Assembly (NCBI GenBank): GCA_964396995.1
Contig: CAYNIG010000001.1
Location: 13,632-61,193 of the forward strand
Reading direction: 5' to 3'
Source: an uncultured Saprospiraceae bacterium
GTDB lineage: Bacteria; Bacteroidota; Bacteroidia; Chitinophagales; Saprospiraceae
Length of the DNA: 47,562 nt
A model generated the notes under the pieces. It ran no database searches. It saw nothing but the letters and a program-made list of their open reading frames with translations, and had not been told where the DNA came from. Below, piece after piece: positions 18,881-26,631 of this stretch. Each line of letters opens with the position of its first letter. Within the stretch, counting starts at the first letter, position 1. The position numbers were made by a program, and so were the translations under genes.

Positions 18881-19408
18881 TTATTTACACTTCTTCTCTT
18901 TCGTCTTTTTCGTCTTATCCACTTTCCCATTCACCCCTGCCTGATCGGGATAATAACATCCCGGATTACTGATCAGTGCATCTGCCTCATCACTGCACTC
19001 GAGCCTGCAGGCGCGGCCATACAGCAGTTGTGTATCTCCTTTTTTATTTACGATTTTCATCATATACTTAAAAGCACCGATATACGGCTCTTTGTATCCA
19101 TCTCGCAGACCATTCCATCCATAGTTTTCCAGATTAGTATATACTATAGAGGGTCTATAAAATAGTACCGTATCACCTGTACCCGTAAAAATAGTAAAGT
19201 CTATCACCTCCACCACATTACCATTGAGATGAGGAAAAAACAGATCATTTATGCTGTCTTTATTGGGAGAGAATACATTGGGCACATAGATGCTCATATC
19301 GGCATAAGTATATTCTATCGGCTCGGCACCACAGCAGGCCTCATATTTTTTCTGAGCTATGATAAAACTATTGCTTATCATGATAGCTACTAATATTATG
19401 TATCTCAT
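18881..19408 (-). CDS. small secreted protein consisting mainly of a T9SS type-B (gliding-motility CHU_C-type) sorting domain
   Basis: Signal peptide MRYIILVAIMISNSFIIAQ. VPNVFSPNKDSINDLFFP ... WNGL ... GAFKYMMKI ... GRACRL matches the type-B CTD consensus (PNxFSPNGDGxND...WDG...G.Y.Y). An extra Cys/Lys-rich ~35-aa tail follows. Confidence 0.7.
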   Translation of the reverse strand: MRYIILVAIMISNSFIIAQKKYEACCGAEPIEYTYADMSIYVPNVFSPNKDSINDLFFPHLNGNVVEVIDFTIFTGTGDTVLFYRPSIVYTNLENYGWNGLRDGYKEPYIGAFKYMMKIVNKKGDTQLLYGRACRLECSDEADALISNPGCYYPDQAGVNGKVDKTKKTKEKKCK

Positions 19409-19497
19409 ATTATATAATTTTTAGTTAATCTAAATCTTATCTACTACTCATTTTTCTCATGCCTTCTTATCACTCACACTCAAACCTCGACACTTGC

Positions 19498-19525
19498 CAC
19501 TTGTAATTTGTCACTTGTAATTTGT
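19498..19525. repeat. perfect 14-bp tandem duplication (cacttgtaatttgt x2) upstream of the 175-aa gene
   Basis: Read directly. It is preceded by a partial third unit (cacttgc, 19491-19497). Confidence 0.8.
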
Positions 19526-19538
19526 AATTTTCCATTTG

Positions 19539-19949
19539 TCAATTCTTCACCACCATCATCACCTTATACCTCCTACCATCTACTACCCTCAAAAAGTATC
19601 TCCCATTCTGCAGCCCGGTCAGATCTATATTATTTTGCCCTTGTGACCAATGTATAGGTATTACCCTGCCTAATATATCAGATAGTGTGATTTCTGCATC
19701 AGCACTGAGTATTGCTGATCTGATCTCTACTATTCCCGAGGAAGGGTTAGGAGAGAGTACGAGATCTGCATCATCTATTTCCTGCCAGCTTGCTATTTGT
19801 GTAGTTAATACTTTATCGGTATTAGATACTAATGGTTGAGGGCAGATATTGCGGGCAGTGCGGTCGCCTGCGGCATCGTAGGTGAAAGTGATGCATTGAG
19901 CGGAAAGCTTAGCTATAGATGAAAATAGTAAAATTGAAATGAGTTTCAT
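19539..19949 (-). CDS. small secreted protein: signal peptide, one YD/RHS-type repeat, then a T9SS type-A C-terminal sorting domain
   Basis: MKLISILLFSSIAKLSAQ signal. ITFTYDAAGDRTARN is a YD repeat. LSPNPSSGIVEIRS...LQNGRYFLRVVDGRRYKVMMVVKN matches the Por secretion tail pattern. Confidence 0.7.
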   Translation of the reverse strand: MKLISILLFSSIAKLSAQCITFTYDAAGDRTARNICPQPLVSNTDKVLTTQIASWQEIDDADLVLSPNPSSGIVEIRSAILSADAEITLSDILGRVIPIHWSQGQNNIDLTGLQNGRYFLRVVDGRRYKVMMVVKN

Positions 19950-19979
19950 TATGAATAAGTCTAATTTTAAATAAATTAA

Positions 19980-20264
19980 TTAAATAATCCTTGCATATGC
20001 ATCAGAATAGTACTCAACTTTTGAATCCGCTAATTCATTTTGAATCATTAATGCGATTTGTTGACCTTCAGAATCAAGAATGTCAATGATATCTCTATCT
20101 TCAAAACCAGAATAATGTTCTAATTCATATTTAATCAGCCAAATACATATTTTCTGAATCAATAAATCACTAATACCAAGTTGGTTTAGATCAATGAATT
20201 CACTTTCATACTTGGACCTCACCCCACTTCCACCAAGTTCAGCGTCTACAATTAAATATTTCAT
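19980..20264 (-). CDS. candidate cognate immunity protein for the RHS toxin tip (94 aa, cytoplasmic)
   Basis: It starts 11 nt after the RHS stop on the same strand. No signal peptide or TM. Acidic and small. It shares the AT-rich composition of the toxin tip. Confidence 0.55.
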   Translation of the reverse strand: MKYLIVDAELGGSGVRSKYESEFIDLNQLGISDLLIQKICIWLIKYELEHYSGFEDRDIIDILDSEGQQIALMIQNELADSKVEYYSDAYARII

Positions 20265-20275
20265 GTTTTTATTTA

Positions 20276-23200
20276 TTATTTAAAAATTCTAAATACTCTA
20301 TGGTCAATTATATTTTCTTTTGTAAGACCAATTTCAAAAAATCCAGGATTTCCGTTCATAGTTCCATTTAACCTAAATATTTGATAACCGTTTGGTTTAT
20401 TAATAGGATTAGATTTTAGTATTAAGTCATCAAAACTATATGGAAAATTATGGCCTCGTGGATCCGTTAATGCTCTTTCTCTGACTTTATTTGCATATTT
20501 AAAACCATGTGTGAACAAACTACTTGTTTTGCTAGAACTTGATTCAATTGAATGAACAATTAGATCGTTTTTTAACGTATAACCATTAACGTTATCACCA
20601 ATAGATTCAAGATAAGAATAACTATTAAAATCGTCTGCAATTTGACTTTCATTGGCACTAATGCCGGTAATTTTTCCAGGAGGATTTATTTCACCACTAT
20701 TAGGATTAACCCCGGATTTACTTTTACTTAACCATTTGGATATTTGGCCAGAAGCTGCTCCTATTGCTGCCCCAAATAAAACATCTCTTCCATAACTCTC
20801 CAATGAATAAGGATCACCAAATGCAATTTGATTTCCTATTCCCAAGATCGGTGATCCAAATGCAGATCCAACGCCTCCTACGACTGCACCCCCAAGAAAA
20901 CTAGAGCCTGCTGCACTTACTGCGCTGTAGCTAAAAGCGGTAGCCATGGTGCCTCCATTTGCTAATACGCCAGCTGCTCCTCCGGTAGCCGCTGTCACTG
21001 CACCGGCAACTGCACCGATTCCAAATGCCTTGAGTCCATCTCCTAAGTTGTTTATCTTACCTTGAAATCCTTTGATCAATAAATTAGCAGTACCTCCAAT
21101 AATTCCTCCTATAACTATATGCAACCATTCTCCATCAGGATCTGTATATTTTAGCGGATTATTTAGTGCATAACTATATCTATTATAATTTTGTGTAAGA
21201 TCAGGGGCCTGTATATTATTATCTACCGCCATCATCCTACCCACCACAGGATCGTAAAGACGGCCATTCATATTAATTATATTGAACAGCGGTAAGTGTT
21301 CGTGTCCGGTATATCCCCTCTGCATAAAAGTAATGGAGGATGTGCCTGTACTGCTATAATCCCAAGCACTTGGGTTACGATATCTACCCCAAACATCATA
21401 GTTTCTATTAAGTACTACAGATCCCCCGTTATTAGTGACTTTTACTATAGATCCTAAATGGTCTGTGTAGGCATATAAAAATCCATTGGTGCCGCTTGTA
21501 TTGGTTACGATCGATACCAGCCCATCACCTGCTGATATATAATGTATATGCCGGGTAATGCCTCCGCTGATGTCGATCTCATAGTCTCCAAAAAAATAAT
21601 GCGTATTGGTGGTACTACCGCTTTGTGTAGTGACGGTCTTTACTCGGTTTTCATCAGTACCATAGGTAAAGGTAAGGGTATTGGAGCCCTCTGATAAACT
21701 GGCTGGCTGTAAAAAAGAAGTGTAAGTGGGCAATGATTGAGATACGGTAGATATATTGCCTGCTGATGGATTGATCTGGGTCACCGCATTGATGCTGGCA
21801 CTACCATAGGTATAGGTACCAGCATCTGTCTTGCTAATTATATTACCATTTGCATTATAAGCTATATTTTGTGTAGTTAGGCCCGTTACGGTACTACTGG
21901 TAAGCCTATTGAGATTATCGTATACAAATGATTCTGTTTTAGTCACCAAATTATCTGTACGGCTGGTAAGGTTGCCTGTACTGTAATTCCATACCATGCT
22001 GAGATTTTGTAAGGTGCCCGCTGTATAATTGGTAGGTATGCCAAAGTGATATGTATTGGTACTTGTCACACCATTGCCCAGAGTATAGGTGAGATATTGA
22101 TTGTACCCATTCATGGTGCCCGTACTAAATATAGTGGTAGCTCCATTAGTGATGGTACTCAGATAGCCTTTGGTGTCATAATTATAGTTGAGTACAAACC
22201 CACTGGGGTAGGCTATAGAGCTTAGTAGATTGGAAGTAGTATATCCATAGGTTTTAATGTAATCAGTGGCATCCACCCTGTCTTTTTTGGTAGCTACCCT
22301 GCCATAGATATCATAAGTGTATTCCTCTATATGTCCTGAGTATGATGTGATTTTTTTGAGTTTTCCGGCTGAGCCCGTTCCTGTAGTATGGTATTCATAG
22401 CTCATAGTACCTTCGGGCATTACTTTGGTGAGCATACGACCTGCCAGATCGTAGGTCATAGTATGGGTCTGGCTTTTGGCATTTATCTGTGACACCAGCT
22501 CACCCAGTGCATTGTAATCATAGGTAGTGGTACCTGCATTGATATCTACGAGTGATGATTGCCTGGCATAGGCATCGTAATTATTGGTGACGAGAGTATT
22601 GGCTCCATTTACTACCGTTTTTAATCCGCCATGACTGTAATACGTATAGTTTAGAGTACCACCATAGTCAGTAGCTGATGTGGTTTTACCTGAGGCATCG
22701 GTCACTTTAGATGATACCTGGCTGGCAGGATTAGTCACTGTTACAGTAGTATTGCCGGAAGCGTATGCATAGCCATAGGTAGTAGTATAGTTGGTACCTC
22801 CTTTATTGTTTACAGTGCTGCTGATTCGATTGTATCCATCATAGTTTGTGGTGTTTATCTCGCCTGTTTCTCCAAGGCCTGATTTATAAGGCCCTGTTAC
22901 TGTAGTGAGATTACCCTTGGCATTGTATGATTTTAAAGTGGTGATCCAGTAATTTTGCCAGCCTTCTGTTTCTGATTTGATCTCCCTGTCTAATAAATCA
23001 TAATAAATTATTTCTTGAGGTTTACCGGTGGTGGTGACAGTAGTTTTAGTGATGGGCCCTCCGGTGGCATATCCATAGCCTGTGCTTATAGTTACTGAAG
23101 GTTGGATTGTCTGCGATGTTTGTCGACCAAAAGCATCATATGAAAAGGTGGTTACTACACCATCTATACCGGTCACTTGAGTAGGTTTTCCCCACAAAGG

Positions 23201-26200
23201 AGAATAAACTACCGATAAAGTTCCTTGCTGGGTCACCGTGGTGATAGGATACCTGCCTTTGGTGTCAAAAGTATGAGTAAAAGGAGTTCGGGTAGTAATA
23301 CCGGTAGCACTCACTGTAGCTGAGGTTTGATTTCCAAATGAATTATAAGCAAAGGTGGTAGTCTTTGCTTTGGGCAAACCAGAGAACTCTACAGAGCTGA
23401 TCATTTGACTCAAAGTGTTGTACCCATACGTATTGGTAAATGAATAAGCTGATTGACCGCTCCTGGTGATCGTGGTACTTACAGAGGTAGGCAATGATGG
23501 CACCGGTGTACCGTGCTGACCAAAGACAGTAGTAGTAGTGGTAGTTTCAAGGCCACTTTGTACATTTACTGTATTACTATTTATATTTCCATAGCTATCG
23601 TAGCCCAATGTAGTGACTGTACTTTGAGTGGTAAATGAATTATTTTCATTTATTCCATTAACCCTACTATAAAACTTGCCTGATCCTGTGGATACCCATT
23701 GATTGGTATTGGTGATTTGGCTGAGGAGTTGAAAGCTATTAGGCACATATTTTGTAGTAATTATTTTAGCAGCAGAGGTAAAGTAGGAAGTAGTTTCAAA
23801 TTCATTTTCATTAATTAACTGAATTCCGGTAGTCGTATTATGAGAGATATTTCTTAAAAATCCCATGAGCCCCCTGCCCTCTTTGTGTATTTTTAATTCT
23901 TCATAGGTATAGTTAGTAGTATTGGTAGTACCTATGCCATTATCTACTACTATGCTGGAAGCCAATGTGAATGGCAGCAATACATTGTTTACTTTCCCGG
24001 TTAATATTGCACCTCTGCCATAAAATGATCCCTGTTCGTTAAGTCTTTTATAAGCCCACTGTGTGGTGTGATTGTAGCCATTTTTTACTTTTTCCAGGTA
24101 AAGTTCTTTACCATCTTTCATAAAATAGATACCAAAAAATGGGGAGGTATTATTTACCCTTGTGAGCAATTCTGATTTTCCATCACCATTAATATCAAAT
24201 GGAGTAAATGGCATTGTATTAATGGCAAATGTTTGGACTTGAGATTGTACCTGAAAAGAGTTTCCTTTAGAAAAATAAGTCAAGGTGGTGGCAGGTGATG
24301 CGGAGGTAGCATGAAAAATATCTGTCTTTCCATCCCCATTGGCATCTAATAGTACAATCTTATCAGGGGCCCCTGTCTCGTTTATATTTGGTGTAACAGA
24401 AAAACCGAAAGCAGTACTGACAAAACCGGTACCTGTGGAGGCATAAATACTCCATGCAGATGCATTGTTATTTTTGTCTGCTCTACTGAGTATATCCATT
24501 TTGCGATCTCCATTAAAATCGCCAAAAAAGACTAAGTGAGTATTAGTAGGGTAAGCTGAATAATAAATGCTCCTTACTACATAATTATCAAAAGTAAATA
24601 CCTCTGTCCAGTTACCCGAAGTAATCATAAGATCAGATTTTCCATCGCCATTAAAATCTAAAACTTGAATTCTATTGGCAGTAGGCCAGGTAGATAGTTG
24701 AATATTCACGGTACCAGTAGATCCTACGGTTAAGAATCCAGAGGAAATACCTCCGTGATATAAATGTATACCAGCAGGCCCTCCGGTGGTCGTACTGAGC
24801 ATGGATACCAAATCGCCCATACCATCTCCATTAAAATCACCGGAAAATAAATAGTGCTGTGTGGTATTATTGATTTTACTGTAACCTGTATAAGGATTTA
24901 TAGTAATAGAGTCGTTAAAATTATTCAGGCCCTGAGATCCTTTATAAATTCGCACAAAATCCAGTGTGAGATTATTTGCTGTAACCGAACCACTGGTTTT
25001 TGCAGCAACCAAATCATCTATTCCGTCACCGGTATAATCATTGGTGTAAAATGTATAAACATCGGGGATAGATTTCTTTTTTAATGAAGAAAAATTTCCA
25101 GGTAGATTTTTGGTATAAGATCCTGTAAACCCTGTAGTGCCATTGGATTTATATAGATTAAATTTGGAAGTGTATTCTACGCCATTGGATACGTTTGTCA
25201 CAGCCTCCACTAAGTCAGAGAAGCCATCCGTATTAAAATCACCTGAAAAATAATTTGCAGTCTGCACTCCCGTGGTCCCTGTGGTAAGTGAAGTGTAAAT
25301 AGCTGGCTGATCTCCATATTTAAAAATAGTACTATTTAGTAATGTATTATCAGACCCCATCTCGACCACTTCTGTTAAATAGCTGTTGACCAGGTCCCAC
25401 CCATAATAAAATCTATACGATTTGAACCCAGCCAGTCCTTCAGCAGTAATAGTAATTTTATCAAGAAAATAATTATTGGTAATACCAATGGTACCAATGT
25501 AAACGGTATTTACATCTGATCGGGATACATAAGTAAAACTTATCTTACTATAAGGAGCCAGACCTGCTGATGTATTTCCTGTATAGTTTATTTCTGATAT
25601 TCTGGGATTATTATTATCCGTAGCATATACATATTCAATATAGTTACCATCCTGATATCGGATTTTGTTTAATCGCCATATGTGGGGTACAACGCCATTA
25701 TCGGAAGTAATACTATTTCCTGTATTACCATATTCATATACTACGCCATTTTTTTGTGTTACGTTAAATGCAATTTGATTGGTAACAGCAGATGTATAGC
25801 AGGAAATGCTCGCAAAAGATTCTATCTCTGTACCATATACAGACCCACTAAGGCCATAAGAGCCCGTAACGAGGTTTAATCTCACACCATCCAAAGCAAA
25901 ACGATCGTTTGCATTTGCTTCGATAGGGTTCACTAAATTGTCGTGTATAAGATCTCTGTTTACTCTGGTGATAGAAGATAGACCCGCCAATGACCAGCCC
26001 TGTCCGAGAGCACCATTGCCCCCCAAAGAATTATAAACCACACTCAAAGATGGTTGTACGCCATTAGTTCCGGGTGGAACTATTATCGGAATACTATAAG
26101 TGGCTGCCCCTGACAAATCTACATCTGCAGCCGCAGGTATGGTACCTACAGGCAAAGTAGTATTAATAGTCTTAGTAAAGTTAGCATTGGTGTATAAAGC

Positions 26201-26272
26201 ACCTTGACTTAAAATTCCATTTACTATGGCAACTATAAAATAAAGAATAAAGAATGACCTGTAAATTCTCAT
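20276..26272 (-). CDS. RHS/YD-repeat polymorphic toxin with SpvB-like N-domain and 7-bladed FG-GAP propeller (fused TcB-TcC-like cocoon) and a variable C-terminal toxin
   Basis: Signal peptide MRIYRSFFILYFIVAIVNGILSQG. SpvB/TcdB N-terminal motif (GAATYSIPIIVPPGTNGVQPSLSVVYNS...GQGWSL). Seven GDFNGDGxxDL-type FG-GAP repeats. Dozens of YD repeats (YDAFGRQT, YDLAGRM, YDIYGRV...). RHS core end YTGHEH...GRLYDPVVGRMMAVD...NPLKYTDPDGEW. A 283-aa tail follows. Confidence 0.95.
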   Translation of the reverse strand: MRIYRSFFILYFIVAIVNGILSQGALYTNANFTKTINTTLPVGTIPAAADVDLSGAATYSIPIIVPPGTNGVQPSLSVVYNSLGGNGALGQGWSLAGLSSITRVNRDLIHDNLVNPIEANANDRFALDGVRLNLVTGSYGLSGSVYGTEIESFASISCYTSAVTNQIAFNVTQKNGVVYEYGNTGNSITSDNGVVPHIWRLNKIRYQDGNYIEYVYATDNNNPRISEINYTGNTSAGLAPYSKISFTYVSRSDVNTVYIGTIGITNNYFLDKITITAEGLAGFKSYRFYYGWDLVNSYLTEVVEMGSDNTLLNSTIFKYGDQPAIYTSLTTGTTGVQTANYFSGDFNTDGFSDLVEAVTNVSNGVEYTSKFNLYKSNGTTGFTGSYTKNLPGNFSSLKKKSIPDVYTFYTNDYTGDGIDDLVAAKTSGSVTANNLTLDFVRIYKGSQGLNNFNDSITINPYTGYSKINNTTQHYLFSGDFNGDGMGDLVSMLSTTTGGPAGIHLYHGGISSGFLTVGSTGTVNIQLSTWPTANRIQVLDFNGDGKSDLMITSGNWTEVFTFDNYVVRSIYYSAYPTNTHLVFFGDFNGDRKMDILSRADKNNNASAWSIYASTGTGFVSTAFGFSVTPNINETGAPDKIVLLDANGDGKTDIFHATSASPATTLTYFSKGNSFQVQSQVQTFAINTMPFTPFDINGDGKSELLTRVNNTSPFFGIYFMKDGKELYLEKVKNGYNHTTQWAYKRLNEQGSFYGRGAILTGKVNNVLLPFTLASSIVVDNGIGTTNTTNYTYEELKIHKEGRGLMGFLRNISHNTTTGIQLINENEFETTSYFTSAAKIITTKYVPNSFQLLSQITNTNQWVSTGSGKFYSRVNGINENNSFTTQSTVTTLGYDSYGNINSNTVNVQSGLETTTTTTVFGQHGTPVPSLPTSVSTTITRSGQSAYSFTNTYGYNTLSQMISSVEFSGLPKAKTTTFAYNSFGNQTSATVSATGITTRTPFTHTFDTKGRYPITTVTQQGTLSVVYSPLWGKPTQVTGIDGVVTTFSYDAFGRQTSQTIQPSVTISTGYGYATGGPITKTTVTTTGKPQEIIYYDLLDREIKSETEGWQNYWITTLKSYNAKGNLTTVTGPYKSGLGETGEINTTNYDGYNRISSTVNNKGGTNYTTTYGYAYASGNTTVTVTNPASQVSSKVTDASGKTTSATDYGGTLNYTYYSHGGLKTVVNGANTLVTNNYDAYARQSSLVDINAGTTTYDYNALGELVSQINAKSQTHTMTYDLAGRMLTKVMPEGTMSYEYHTTGTGSAGKLKKITSYSGHIEEYTYDIYGRVATKKDRVDATDYIKTYGYTTSNLLSSIAYPSGFVLNYNYDTKGYLSTITNGATTIFSTGTMNGYNQYLTYTLGNGVTSTNTYHFGIPTNYTAGTLQNLSMVWNYSTGNLTSRTDNLVTKTESFVYDNLNRLTSSTVTGLTTQNIAYNANGNIISKTDAGTYTYGSASINAVTQINPSAGNISTVSQSLPTYTSFLQPASLSEGSNTLTFTYGTDENRVKTVTTQSGSTTNTHYFFGDYEIDISGGITRHIHYISAGDGLVSIVTNTSGTNGFLYAYTDHLGSIVKVTNNGGSVVLNRNYDVWGRYRNPSAWDYSSTGTSSITFMQRGYTGHEHLPLFNIINMNGRLYDPVVGRMMAVDNNIQAPDLTQNYNRYSYALNNPLKYTDPDGEWLHIVIGGIIGGTANLLIKGFQGKINNLGDGLKAFGIGAVAGAVTAATGGAAGVLANGGTMATAFSYSAVSAAGSSFLGGAVVGGVGSAFGSPILGIGNQIAFGDPYSLESYGRDVLFGAAIGAASGQISKWLSKSKSGVNPNSGEINPPGKITGISANESQIADDFNSYSYLESIGDNVNGYTLKNDLIVHSIESSSSKTSSLFTHGFKYANKVRERALTDPRGHNFPYSFDDLILKSNPINKPNGYQIFRLNGTMNGNPGFFEIGLTKENIIDHRVFRIFK

Positions 26273-26617
26273 TGCTTTGAATTTATTAAATGATGTAAAG
26301 CACGGCCTGATCTTATTTTTAGCAATACAAAAAGAGAATTTGTAGAATTAAAAATAAAACTTAACCGTAATTTCCCCTAAACTTTTGTTGGTCTTTTACA
26401 CTTGAAGTCGATGAAGTATTCTATTGTGCCTGGTGTTATTATTCTATAGTTCTTTAAATTGTATTCAAAAACTTTTAATGTCCTGATAAATTATATTTAT
26501 TTTAATTATACGACGAATATACGATCCGTATTATAGTAATGTCAAGTTTTAACACTAAATATTCAAATAAATTTTTAACAGCCCTTCAAATTAAATATTC
26601 AAATATTTTCTGATCAC

Positions 26618-26625
26618 TATCTTTG
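26618..26625 (+). promoter_or_regulatory. -7 box TAtcTTTG for the sulfatase gene (6 nt before the ATG; leaderless-style)
   Basis: Exact TAnnTTTG match. The same box and the same 6-nt spacing to the ATG are conserved in the pseudogene copy (18163-18170). Confidence 0.4.
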
Positions 26626-26631
26626 AATCAT

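Noticed and set aside
18498-18944. 148-aa ORF in the track, taken as a real small sulfatase-like gene
   Set aside because: It is the in-frame tail of the decayed sulfatase 5' copy. It begins at an internal Met, lacks the signal peptide and catalytic N-terminus, and its last 26 codons read through the homology breakpoint into the antisense strand of the 175-aa gene.
24854-25879. Plus-strand ORFs 24854..25084 and 25682..25879 inside the RHS gene
   Set aside because: They are antisense to a 6-kb gene with strong motif support, and they are short, Cys/Ile-rich, low-complexity translations. Typical shadow ORFs.
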